Source: Candidatus Hydrogenedentota bacterium
Lineage (GTDB): Bacteria; Hydrogenedentota; Hydrogenedentia; Hydrogenedentales; SLHB01
Assembly (NCBI GenBank): GCA_029974275.1
Contig: JARKSN010000275.1
Span: forward strand, 1-64,000
DNA length: 64,000 bases
Direction: 5' to 3'
Positions 1 to 9,230 of this stretch are shown piece by piece (position 1 is the stretch's first letter; each line of letters opens with the position of its first letter). A program made the position numbers and the translations under genes. The notes beneath the pieces were generated by a model. That model had not been told where the DNA came from. It saw nothing but the letters and a program-made list of their open reading frames with translations, and did not search any database.

Positions 1-1
1 C

Positions 2-352
2 GTGGATGTTTCGCTTCTGGAAACGCCGCAGTACGCCGCAATTTTGTCTGACCCGTCGTCGTTTTTGGAGCAATGCGGCGATGAAGTTTTTCGGGCGTTC
101 CGGAAACTTTCCACGGCCCAGCGCACGTGCATCCTGCTCAAAGACGTGGAGGGGTTCTCCTACCAGGAGATTGCCGATATTGTGGGCATTCCGGCACCCA
201 CCGTGGTGACGCATCTCGGGCGGGGACGCGTCCGATTGCGCAAGGAATTGATGGAATACGCCAGGAGAGAGGGCTTCATCCGCCCATTCCCATCATCCGT
301 AGCGAAGGCAGCCATGGGCGCGGGGTGTGCGCCAGGGAGAGCAACGGGATGA
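2..352 (+). CDS. ECF sigma-70 factor, C-terminal part (5' truncated by window edge)
   Basis: Region-4 pattern 'LSTAQRTCILLKDVEGFSYQEIADIVGIPAPTVVTHLGRGR'; stop overlaps next ATG (ATGA at 349-352). Confidence 0.85.
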   Translation: MDVSLLETPQYAAILSDPSSFLEQCGDEVFRAFRKLSTAQRTCILLKDVEGFSYQEIADIVGIPAPTVVTHLGRGRVRLRKELMEYARREGFIRPFPSSVAKAAMGAGCAPGRATG

Positions 353-1149
353 ACCAATCGAGCGACGAGTGGGTGTGGAGCCGTCTTGACGACGGTTCGG
401 ATACGGAGATGGAACGTTCCATGGAGCCGGGGCTAGTGCCCGGCCAGGGCCAACGCCTTGCGGGTGAACGGGAATTGGAGCGGGGGATTGCACAGGCGTT
501 GGCAAGCGGCTCCCAATGCCCCGACGCGCTTTGGGAAAGCATCCAACAGCGCATGCGCGGACGCGAACGCCGATCGCAAGGTGTATTCCTGCGCATTGGG
601 CCGGCGCTGCTTGCGGCCAGCATTTTGATGACGCTCAGCTCGGGCGCAACGGCGTTCCTGCTGCTGCATCGGCAACGCGATGTTTTCTTCGCGCAGGAAA
701 AGTCGCCCCCATCTTTTGCCTCGGGCGAAACATCCGTGCAGGAACGCGACTATCCGCTCGAACAGGCTGCGCTTGCAGAGAAGCAACGTGAAGCGATGCT
801 TGCGGAGGCCATGGCCGAGGTGGAAAAGGCGCGTGCAGAGCGCGATCTCGCGATGACCGAGCGCGACGAGGCCAAGGCGAAGCTGCAGGAGCTGGAAAAC
901 GATGTGAGGGTTGCCCGGGATGAAACCGATACGCTTCGGGCGGACTTGACCAGCATTCAGGCGAGCCATGCAACGCTTCGCGGTGAAGTCGATGAATTGC
1001 GGAGGATAGCCGGTCTTTTGGGGGCCGAGAACATCAGCGCCGGTTTCACGCATTCCACCGCTGCTTCGGGCGTGCTTCAAGAAGCGGCGCTTTCGATGCC
1101 GTTGCCGGAGTCTGCTGCATCGACGCTGACGGCGGACGAGGAACCCTAG
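349..1149 (+). CDS. Putative membrane anti-sigma factor with C-terminal coiled coil
   Basis: Coupled to the ECF sigma; 'CPDALWESI' segment, one hydrophobic helix (IGPALLAASILMTLSSGATAFLLL), then an E/R/A-rich heptad region. Confidence 0.6.
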   Translation: MNQSSDEWVWSRLDDGSDTEMERSMEPGLVPGQGQRLAGERELERGIAQALASGSQCPDALWESIQQRMRGRERRSQGVFLRIGPALLAASILMTLSSGATAFLLLHRQRDVFFAQEKSPPSFASGETSVQERDYPLEQAALAEKQREAMLAEAMAEVEKARAERDLAMTERDEAKAKLQELENDVRVARDETDTLRADLTSIQASHATLRGEVDELRRIAGLLGAENISAGFTHSTAASGVLQEAALSMPLPESAASTLTADEEP

Positions 1150-1217
1150 CAGCCTGTTGCAGAAGCTACCGCGTCCTGCGCGAAGGCAAAGCAAGAGAAT
1201 CGATCGGAAACATCGCG

Positions 1218-2699
1218 TTGTACGACAGCATTGTCATAGGTTCCGGGGTTGCCGGAATGACCGCCGCGATAACCCTGGCCCAATACGGGGAACGGGTGGC
1301 GATCTTCGAGCAGGCCCGCGCGCCGGGCGGTTTGATGGCGACCTATGCGCGGGCAGGAGCCTCGTTTCCCACCGGAGTCCACTGTCTAGGGTCCATGATG
1401 CCAGGCGGCGTCCTCCGGAAATGCTTACAACGCCTTGGCGTGTTTGAACGGCTTCGAATCGTTCCGATGACCTCCCCGCAGGGGAGTCACGTATGCCATT
1501 TTCCCGGCCTGACAGTCTCGATTCCATCGGACCGCCAGGCGTATCGGCAGCGCTTGATCGATCTATTCCCGGATGAAGCGTCCGCCGTCGATCGGTTTTT
1601 GGGGGATATGGCAAGGGTGGTGCGTTGTTTTCCGCTGTACACCCTCCATGACGCCCCGGCGGAACGCCGCGACGCAGCGCCCGCCATCTCATTGCGATCC
1701 TATCTGGAGGGAATTACCCGCAACGCCAAGCTGGCGTCCGTGTTGAGCGCGCTTACCCTCCTTGTCGGGCTCGCTCCTGGAGAGTGCCCTTTGCACGTCT
1801 ATTTTCTCGTGCTGGATTCTTTTTTGAGCGGCGCGTGCCGCATTGATGAACGGCGGGCGTCTTTGGCGGCGTCTTTCGCATCGGCGCTGGAAGCGTGTGG
1901 CGGGACGATTCGGACCGGAGCGCGAGTTGTCCGTATCCTCTACGATGGCGCTGGAACGAGGGGCGTGCGTTTAGCAAGCGGCGAAGAAGTGGGTGCACGG
2001 ACGGTCGTGTTCACGGGACATCCGCGGCAGCTGCTGGAGCTTTGCCAGGATAAGGGGTTGCGCCCTGCCTTTTTGGACCGGCTTCGTGACGCGCCCGACA
2101 CGCCGGGCGCGTTCGGGATATGCTTGAAGTGGAATCGTCCGCCTGACTCGCTGAGCCGAGCGGATGCGGTTCTCTATGACGTCTGGGACCTCGATCGGCA
2201 CTGTTCCCAGAGCCTGCTTTCTGGAACGGAAACGGTGCATGCGGTTTACTGTAGCGGAACGGCGGCGGAAGAGTCTGAGGCGGCTTCCGTGACGGCCTTT
2301 TGCCTGAGCCGTTTAGGGGAGTGGAGTCCCTGGGCCGATTCCCGCACCGGCCAGCGCCCGGCGTCGTATCATGCCGCCAAGAAAGCCGCGGGGGATCGCC
2401 TGATGTCTGTTCTTGAGCAACAGTGGCCTGGGGCGCGAGCCGAGGCCGAAATCGTGGATAGCTTCACCCCCCTGACTTTTCGCGATTACACCCTCGCTTC
2501 CGGCGGAACTGCCTTCGGACTCAAAAAAACGAACCACGTTTACATGCCTTCGCAAACCCGCATCCACGGTCTATACCTTGCCGGCCAAAGCATCATCCTC
2601 TCCGGCGTTCTGGGAAGCGTTATCAGCGCCATTCGCGCCTGTCAGTGCATCTTGCCGGCGGCTCCGATTCTCGCGGATATTCGGAACCACACCGCATAG
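1218..2699 (+). CDS. FAD-dependent oxidoreductase, phytoene desaturase / retinol reductase-like
   Basis: N-terminal 'IVIGSGVAG...FEQ...PGG' dinucleotide fold; C-terminal 'TPLTFRDY...GLYLAGQ'; TTG start. Confidence 0.8.
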   Translation: MYDSIVIGSGVAGMTAAITLAQYGERVAIFEQARAPGGLMATYARAGASFPTGVHCLGSMMPGGVLRKCLQRLGVFERLRIVPMTSPQGSHVCHFPGLTVSIPSDRQAYRQRLIDLFPDEASAVDRFLGDMARVVRCFPLYTLHDAPAERRDAAPAISLRSYLEGITRNAKLASVLSALTLLVGLAPGECPLHVYFLVLDSFLSGACRIDERRASLAASFASALEACGGTIRTGARVVRILYDGAGTRGVRLASGEEVGARTVVFTGHPRQLLELCQDKGLRPAFLDRLRDAPDTPGAFGICLKWNRPPDSLSRADAVLYDVWDLDRHCSQSLLSGTETVHAVYCSGTAAEESEAASVTAFCLSRLGEWSPWADSRTGQRPASYHAAKKAAGDRLMSVLEQQWPGARAEAEIVDSFTPLTFRDYTLASGGTAFGLKKTNHVYMPSQTRIHGLYLAGQSIILSGVLGSVISAIRACQCILPAAPILADIRNHTA

Positions 2700-2754
2700 C
2701 GTTGTCTGGGGGGCATGCGCATGGCGCGCGAAGATGCGCTATACTCGCGGGACT

Positions 2755-5205
2755 ATGGGCATGACCAAACACGTCGGCAAAGATCAGGGCGGTGCGCGAA
2801 AAGCGGCATCCGGCCGGAGGATCGCGTCGGCCTTTTCGGCGACGCATGCGGTCGTCGTTTGCTTGTTTCTCTCGCTTGTCTGTTTTGCGCTCTATGCCCA
2901 GACGCTTCGGCATGGCTTTCTCAATTTCGACGATGATCAATACGTCGTCAACAATCCGCAGGTGCGCGCGGGGTTGACCGCGCCGGGCGTCCTTTGGGCG
3001 TTCACGACGCGGCATTCGTACAACTGGCATCCGGTGACATGGTTGTCGCATATGCTTGATGCGCATCTTTACGGAATGCGCGCTTGGGGGCATCACCTCA
3101 CCAATGTTTTGTTGCACGCGGCAAATTCCGTTTTGTTGTTTCTCGTCTTATTCCGCCTGACGCGCGCGCCGTGGCGTAGCGCGTTGACGGCGGCTCTTTT
3201 CGCGATGCATCCGCTTCATGTGGAATCCGTCGCGTGGATCGCGGAGCGGAAGGACGTGCTAAGCTCGTTCTTTGCGATGCTGACTCTCGGCGCGTATGCG
3301 CATTACGCTGCACGGCCGGATTGGCGGCGTTATGCGCCGATCGTTCCTCTTTTCGCGCTGGGGCTTCTCTCGAAGCCCATGTTGGTGACGTTGCCGTGCC
3401 TGCTTCTGTTGCTTGATTACTGGCCCCTGGATCGATACGCCGAGGCAAATTCGCGCGCGGCTTTCCGGATGCGGTTTCGCCGGCTCTTCCTCGAAAAGCT
3501 TCCTTTGTTCGCCATGGTTCTTTTTTCCTGCATGGCGACGCTCATCGCGCAAGGGCGCGGCGGCGCGATAGTCGGGCGCGATATCATTCCTCTTTCGGCG
3601 CGTCTTGCCAACGCGATGGCCGCGTATGTCATCTACTTGCTCAAAACCGCGTGGCCGCACCCGCTTTCGGCCTTCTATTCGTATCCTGAGGGCGTGCGCC
3701 CGGCGTGGCAGATAGCGGGATCCTTGATTGTGCTATCGGGAATCACGTATGGGGTTTGGCGTTGCCGCAAACCCGCTCCCTATCTGCTTGTCGGATGGCT
3801 GTGGTATCTTGGCGCGCTCGTGCCGGTTATCGGAATTGTGCAGGTGGGCAGTCAAGCGTACGCCGATCGGTATATGTATCTGCCGCACATCGGCATTTTC
3901 ATCATGGCGGCGTGGGGCCTTGCGGCATGTTGCCGGAGACCCGCCGTTCGATGGGCGGCGATCCCGGCGGTTTGCGTCGCGCTTGCGGCATGCGGCGCCG
4001 CGACGTTTTTTCAAACGCGCTATTGGCGCGATAGCGCAACGCTGTTTCAGCATGCGCTTGCGACGGGAAACGACGGAGCCATTGTGCGCTCGAACCTCGC
4101 AATGGGGCTCGACGAACAAGGCCGGCGCGACGAGGCGCTGCATCACTTGCGCGAGGCGCTGCGCCTGAACCCGGACGCGGTGAATGTCTTGAGCAATCTC
4201 GGCAAAACGCTTGGCGATCGCAACGAACTCGACGAAGCGCGCGCCCATCTCGAAAAGGCCGTTCAACGCGATCCCAAACATGCCGACGCGAGGAACAATC
4301 TCGGCGGGATTTTGCTTAAGCAAGGCCGTGTCGCGGAGGCGCTTTCCCATTTGCGGGAGGCGGTCGCGCTGGCCCCTGCCTGCGCTGGAGCGCGCAACAA
4401 CCTTGGCTTGGCGCTGCAACAAACAGGACAAGTCGACGAGGCCCGCGCTCAATTCGAAAAGGCCATTGCCTGCGAGCCGGAGAGCCCCAGCGCGTACAAC
4501 AATCTGGGGCGTCTTTGTTTCGCGCAAGGCGACGCCGGCCGCGCCGCCGATTGGTTCCGCCGCGCCATCGCGGCCGCGCCTCGCGACGCAAGCGCATACG
4601 CCAATCTCGGATCGTTGATGCTCAAGGCGGGCAGACGCGACGAAGCGCTGCGACATTTCGAAACCGCTGTTTTGTTGGCGCCGGGCGATGCGGGCATGCA
4701 GGCAAGTCTCGCGGCGGTCCGGCTCCAAGGTCTTTCGAGGGAGGACGCGATTCGCCAATGCGCCGATGCCGTGGCCCGAAATCCGAGGGATGCGGCGGCG
4801 CAAGCGGCGTTGGGGCGTCTTCTCGCCGAAGGCGGCGACCCGGGCGCGGCGCTTTCTCATTTGCAGGAAGCCGTGCGCCTAGCGCCGCATGACGCCGCTG
4901 TGCGGGGCAACTTGGGCGCCGCCCTGATGCAGCTCAATCGTTATGGAGAGGCCCGCCCCGAACTCGAGGAGGCCTTGCGCCTCAATCCCCATGACGCCGG
5001 CGCCCATAACAATCTTGGCGGTCTTCTCGCGATGCAAGGCGAACACGCAAAAGCGAAAAGCCATTTCCAGGAAGCGGTCCGCCTCAATCCCGGCGACGCG
5101 AACGCGCAGCGCAATCTGTCCAATATCATGCGGGAGCTTGGCCAAACCGGCGTGTCCGACTCTCAGGGGCTTTTGGCCCCCCAGGCGCCTTCCGGCGCGA
5201 GTTGA
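2755..5205 (+). CDS. TMTC-like GT-C glycosyltransferase with C-terminal TPR array
   Basis: 'NFDDDQY' loop, 'HPLHVESVAWIAERKD', 'ADRYMY', many TM helices, then repeated 'NNLG' TPR units; start 2755 or 2761. Confidence 0.8.
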   Translation: MGMTKHVGKDQGGARKAASGRRIASAFSATHAVVVCLFLSLVCFALYAQTLRHGFLNFDDDQYVVNNPQVRAGLTAPGVLWAFTTRHSYNWHPVTWLSHMLDAHLYGMRAWGHHLTNVLLHAANSVLLFLVLFRLTRAPWRSALTAALFAMHPLHVESVAWIAERKDVLSSFFAMLTLGAYAHYAARPDWRRYAPIVPLFALGLLSKPMLVTLPCLLLLLDYWPLDRYAEANSRAAFRMRFRRLFLEKLPLFAMVLFSCMATLIAQGRGGAIVGRDIIPLSARLANAMAAYVIYLLKTAWPHPLSAFYSYPEGVRPAWQIAGSLIVLSGITYGVWRCRKPAPYLLVGWLWYLGALVPVIGIVQVGSQAYADRYMYLPHIGIFIMAAWGLAACCRRPAVRWAAIPAVCVALAACGAATFFQTRYWRDSATLFQHALATGNDGAIVRSNLAMGLDEQGRRDEALHHLREALRLNPDAVNVLSNLGKTLGDRNELDEARAHLEKAVQRDPKHADARNNLGGILLKQGRVAEALSHLREAVALAPACAGARNNLGLALQQTGQVDEARAQFEKAIACEPESPSAYNNLGRLCFAQGDAGRAADWFRRAIAAAPRDASAYANLGSLMLKAGRRDEALRHFETAVLLAPGDAGMQASLAAVRLQGLSREDAIRQCADAVARNPRDAAAQAALGRLLAEGGDPGAALSHLQEAVRLAPHDAAVRGNLGAALMQLNRYGEARPELEEALRLNPHDAGAHNNLGGLLAMQGEHAKAKSHFQEAVRLNPGDANAQRNLSNIMRELGQTGVSDSQGLLAPQAPSGAS

Positions 5206-5257
5206 TTCGAAAGAATCGCGAGGCCGCGCGCTTGGTTTTTGCGTGAACCCCAAGGCA

Positions 5258-5286
5258 TTGAGGCCTTTTTCGGCAAGCGATACAAT
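5258..5286 (+). promoter_or_regulatory. Putative sigma-70 promoter (TTGAGG-17-TACAAT)
   Basis: Hexamers read directly; in-frame ATG at 5293 lies 6 nt after the -10. Confidence 0.5.
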
Positions 5287-5292
5287 AGCCGA

Positions 5293-7191
5293 ATGAAGAG
5301 GAGAGTGCGGGAAAAATCTTCCAGCATGGCTGACGGCAGGGGGGAGGCTCGTGTCGACGGGGGGCTTTTCCCGTCTATCGTGATGGGGCAGTCCCGCGAC
5401 GGCGCAATCGTTGAATGGGGAGCCGATGCGGAGGCCGCGTACGGATATGCGGCCTCGGAGATTGCGGGCGAGTCTTCGAGCATCCTTTTCCCGCACGGGT
5501 TGTTTCGTCAGTGGCACAACACGTGTTCGCGCGTGCTGCGCGGCGAATGCATCGCAGGCTATAAGACCGTGCACATCGCAAAGGGAGGACGTCACCTGGA
5601 TGTCGTCCTCGACTTGGAGCCGCAGGGAGGCGGCGTCGAGCCTCCGTCGGGCATTTTGGTGCGCGTCACCAGCATCCAGCCGCGCACGCCCACGCCCGAG
5701 GTGCTTTCCGGCAGCGACATGTGGACCCGCGCGATTGTGGAGACGGCAATCGACGGCATCATCGCCATTAACGAATTCGGCACCATCGAATACGTCAACC
5801 CGGCCGCGCAGCGCCTGTTCGGCTATGCCGCGCACGAACTGATGGGCCAGAACGTGCATATCCTGATGCCGTCGCCGTTTCGCGAGGAACACGATCAGCG
5901 TCTCGCCGATTACCGATCGGGCGGCCCTGCGCGCGTTATTGGTTCCGCTCGCGAGGTCGACGGGCAACGCAAAGACGGATCCATTATCCCGATCGAACTG
6001 TCCGTCAGCGAAGTGCGTCTGGGCGATCGCCAGATATTCACTGGCATCTTGCATGATCTAAGCCGTCGCCGGAAGGTGCAGGAGGAGAAGGACCAACTCT
6101 TGCGCGACCTGAACCGGCGCAACATCGAGTTGACGTGTCTTTACCGCGTGGGCGAATCGAGCCGGTCCCGGCCTACGCTCAACGCCATTTTTCAGGATGT
6201 GGCGAATCTGGTGCGGCCCGCGTGCCACTACCCCGACATCACCCATGTTCGCGTATCGTTCGACGGCGAAACCTACGTCGATGAGCCGTTTCACGAAACG
6301 CCATGGTTTCTTTCGGCGGACATAGACGTCGCGGGTCGTCGCCGCGGCAAGGTCGAGATATTCCACATGGAGGCGCGACCTCCTCGCCAGATCGGGCCCT
6401 TTCTCAAAGAAGAGCGCGATCTGATTGGCGCGATCGCGCATACGTTAGGCGAGACCGTCGAGCGCCGTGAAGCCGAGGCGCAGGTTATCCAAGCGTCCAA
6501 GCTGGCAAGCATCGGCGAACTCGCGGCGGGCGTTGGACATGAGATCAACAATCCCGTGAACGGCATCATGAACTGCGCCGACATTCTCGCGGCGCAGTTC
6601 GAACCCGGTTCGAAAAATCGGCAATTCGCCGATCTGATTCGCTCCGAAGCCGATCGCATTGCCCGAATCGTCCACAGTCTGTTGACCTTTTCGCGCCAAG
6701 AACGCGAACGGCACAGCCCCGCGCGCCTATGCGACATCGTCGAGGCGGTTTTGTCGCTCAGCCGCAAGAAAATCGCGAAATCGAACGTCGATTTGCGCGT
6801 TGACGTGCCCGAAGACCTGCCCAAAGTCCGTTGCCGCAGCGAGCACATGCAGCAAGTGATCATGAATCTCATCATCAACGCGCTTCATGCTCTCGACGAA
6901 AAATACCCCGACCGTCACCCAGACAAACGGTTGTCATTGTCTGCGCGCACGATCGAGCTTGGCGGGAATCCGTATCTCCGTCTTACCGTGGAAGACCACG
7001 GCTGCGGCATCGCGCCGCAACACATGGAACGGCTGTTCGACCCTTTTTTCACCACCAAAGGCCGCGATAAAGGCACCGGCCTGGGGCTTTCCGTCAGCGA
7101 CGGCATCGTCAAGGAGCACGGCGGCCAGATCAGCGTCGAGAGCGAAAAAGGCCGCTACGCCCGGTTTCACGTCGACCTGCCTCTATCATGA
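5293..7191 (+). CDS. PAS-PAS sensor histidine kinase (second PAS FixL-like)
   Basis: PAS 'VNPAAQRLFGY...MPSPFREEHD...GQRKDGS'; H-box 'AGVGHEINNP', N-box 'NLIINA', 'DHGCGI', 'FFTTK', 'GTGLGL'; start 5293 or 5326. Confidence 0.9.
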   Translation: MKRRVREKSSSMADGRGEARVDGGLFPSIVMGQSRDGAIVEWGADAEAAYGYAASEIAGESSSILFPHGLFRQWHNTCSRVLRGECIAGYKTVHIAKGGRHLDVVLDLEPQGGGVEPPSGILVRVTSIQPRTPTPEVLSGSDMWTRAIVETAIDGIIAINEFGTIEYVNPAAQRLFGYAAHELMGQNVHILMPSPFREEHDQRLADYRSGGPARVIGSAREVDGQRKDGSIIPIELSVSEVRLGDRQIFTGILHDLSRRRKVQEEKDQLLRDLNRRNIELTCLYRVGESSRSRPTLNAIFQDVANLVRPACHYPDITHVRVSFDGETYVDEPFHETPWFLSADIDVAGRRRGKVEIFHMEARPPRQIGPFLKEERDLIGAIAHTLGETVERREAEAQVIQASKLASIGELAAGVGHEINNPVNGIMNCADILAAQFEPGSKNRQFADLIRSEADRIARIVHSLLTFSRQERERHSPARLCDIVEAVLSLSRKKIAKSNVDLRVDVPEDLPKVRCRSEHMQQVIMNLIINALHALDEKYPDRHPDKRLSLSARTIELGGNPYLRLTVEDHGCGIAPQHMERLFDPFFTTKGRDKGTGLGLSVSDGIVKEHGGQISVESEKGRYARFHVDLPLS

Positions 7192-7197
7192 CGCGGG

Positions 7198-7707
7198 CTA
7201 TGCTGGCCCTTGGCCGCCCGGCGCGCCGATGGCCGTCCGTTTGCTGCGTTCGATGGATTGCAGCGCCAGATAGCTCTCGCCGTATTCGGCAAGATGTCCG
7301 AGCTCCGTATCGTACTGACTGTAGTGCCGTTCCTCATCGACCACCAAGTCTTCGAACAATTTCTTTGATACGGAATCGGCATTGGCGGAACACTCATTGG
7401 CCCAGCGGTTATAGGCAAGCGCGCTGTCCTGCTCCATCTTGCACGCTAGTTCGAGCATGTCCAACACCTTCGTCAGTTTTTGGACGGGGTGCGAAGCGAC
7501 GATCTCGACCTCGCCTTTCAAAAACAAAATGCGATCGGCAAGCCGCTCGATATGCAACATTTCCTCGATGGCCGTGCGTTTGAACAGGTTTGCCAACAGG
7601 TCCAATCCCTGATCGTCGCAATGAAAGTGGAAATACATGTATTGGTGGACTGCCGAAAGCTCATCCGCCACCGCTTTGTTCAACACGTCGACGCTCTTCT
7701 CATGCAT
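7198..7707 (-). CDS. bfr: Bacterioferritin
   Basis: Ferroxidase and heme motifs 'DELSAVHQY', 'IEEMLHIERL', 'DEERH'; RBS AAGGAG upstream. Confidence 0.9.
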   Translation of the reverse strand: MHEKSVDVLNKAVADELSAVHQYMYFHFHCDDQGLDLLANLFKRTAIEEMLHIERLADRILFLKGEVEIVASHPVQKLTKVLDMLELACKMEQDSALAYNRWANECSANADSVSKKLFEDLVVDEERHYSQYDTELGHLAEYGESYLALQSIERSKRTAIGAPGGQGPA

Positions 7708-7845
7708 GCTTCGCACTCCTTCCTTCGTGATTCGCGCGGCCCTTGCCGCGAATGCGTCCGTCCGCGCTACGTGGCGGCATTATGCATGCTGGGGGATGGA
7801 TCGTGTCAACTACCCCATCGATCCTTGAGCCAAACCCGGAAGGCA

Positions 7846-8853
7846 TTATGGATCGAACGGCTTGTCTCTGTGGAAATCGGGCAAGTAGGCATTGCGGCTA
7901 GCGGGGGATTGGACAAGGAGGTTATCGAAGCCAAGGTCGAGTGCGTATTGAACGACGTCGTCGTATTCTTTGGGCGTGACAGGCCGGGCGATGTCCTCAA
8001 ACATATGCGCGTGATATTGCGGCGAATACTGGCTCATCAAACTAATCGTCACGCCGGTCATATTCTGGTCCTTCATCCAGAGCAGAAAAGAGTATGAACC
8101 GGATACGTCGCCGGGCATCACTAGGTGACGGACGATGAGCCCCCGAATGGCGCGGCCCCGGCGTATGCGGACGCGCCCGGTCTGGCGAAACATTTCCTTG
8201 ATGGCGGCCTGGGCGCTCTCGGGATAGTTCCGCGCAGTCGAATAGCGCTCTGCGCATGCGGCGTCCATGTATTTGAGATCGGGCAGATAGACATCGACGA
8301 TGTCTTCCAAGAGCGCGAGCAGTTCGATCGTTTCAAATCCGTTGGTATTGTAGACCAGCGGGAGTTCCAGGCCTTGCCGGCAGGCATCGCGGAGGGCGAG
8401 CATGATGGGGTAGATGTAGTGTGTCGGCGTGACGAGGTTGATGTTTTCCGCGCCGAGGTCCTGCAAGGTCAAGAATGCTTGTGCCAGTTCCGGATACGGC
8501 GCGTCGACGCCGTGGCCCTGGTGGCTGATCTGGTAATTTTGGCAAAACACGCAGCGCAGGTTGCAGTGAGAAAAAAACACCGTGCCTGATCCGCCGCGTC
8601 CCACCAGCGCCGGTTCTTCGCCGAAATGCAACGTCGCCGAGGCATACCGCACGCGATCGGGCGCCGGTGAATCCGTCCGGCAAAAGCCTTGCTCGCCCTC
8701 GAGGCGTCGCGCTCCGCACCGTCGTTCGCACACACAACATTCGGACATCAAGTTGCGCAACGTCGGCAAAATGGTTTCGATGCGTTCCGCTTTCTTCAAG
8801 ATAAAGTCTCGTGCAGGTTGTTTCGAGCCGGTTCGGTCATCAGTGTATCCCAA
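7846..8853 (-). CDS. Radical SAM protein, PflX-like
   Basis: 'CNLRCVFC' CxxxCxxC; N-terminal 'CCVCERRC...GFC'; 'HFGEEP', 'GSGTVFF', 'NINLVTPTH', 'VRHLVMPG'. Confidence 0.85.
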   Translation of the reverse strand: MGYTDDRTGSKQPARDFILKKAERIETILPTLRNLMSECCVCERRCGARRLEGEQGFCRTDSPAPDRVRYASATLHFGEEPALVGRGGSGTVFFSHCNLRCVFCQNYQISHQGHGVDAPYPELAQAFLTLQDLGAENINLVTPTHYIYPIMLALRDACRQGLELPLVYNTNGFETIELLALLEDIVDVYLPDLKYMDAACAERYSTARNYPESAQAAIKEMFRQTGRVRIRRGRAIRGLIVRHLVMPGDVSGSYSFLLWMKDQNMTGVTISLMSQYSPQYHAHMFEDIARPVTPKEYDDVVQYALDLGFDNLLVQSPASRNAYLPDFHRDKPFDP

Positions 8854-8952
8854 ATCCCGACCGAAGCGAGAATCATTCCGCTATTGGATTAACTTTCAAA
8901 GGGGAACGTAGGGCGAGTCAGGCCGGAAATCCGGGACCCCTTCAATATTTTA

Positions 8953-8981
8953 TTGACTTTTGCCGCTTTGATAGATAGGAT
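8953..8981 (+). promoter_or_regulatory. Putative sigma-70 promoter (TTGACT-17-TAGGAT) with AT-rich upstream tract
   Basis: Near-consensus hexamers in the intergenic region about 250 nt upstream of the HDOD kinase. Confidence 0.55.
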
Positions 8982-9230
8982 TCGATGGCGGTGGGTAGTG
9001 TATCCAAGCTGGTGCGCATGGATGCGCGAAGGGAGTCAAACGCCCAAGGCTACGTCTGCATTGTTCTGGCAAGCGCGACGTTATGGAGACGGATGCCGCG
9101 TGCAATGCGGATTGCACGGCGCGAGGGCTGCAAGGTTTCTTGGGAGGCGCGAGTTCCGAAAAGCGTGTACGCGAAAAGGCTTGGCGATCGATGTTGATCG
9201 CGCGCCCGCGATCGGGATAGCAGTACGGCG

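Noticed and set aside
4080..5130. Nucleotide periodicity in TPR-coding regions
   Set aside because: It is explained by ordinary 34-aa TPR repeats and is not a separate DNA element.
7779..7809. bfr promoter TTGACA...CATAAT on the minus strand
   Set aside because: The spacer is 19 nt and no Fur-like box is evident, so it is too weak to call.
7846..8853. Radical SAM as the AmrS partner of amrB or as a RiPP maturase
   Set aside because: Motifs fit PflX, it lies about 49 kb from amrB, and no SPASM domain or precursor peptide is visible.
8890..8945. Possible tRNA or ncRNA in the intergenic region
   Set aside because: No cloverleaf, T-loop (GTTCRA) context or CCA end can be built.
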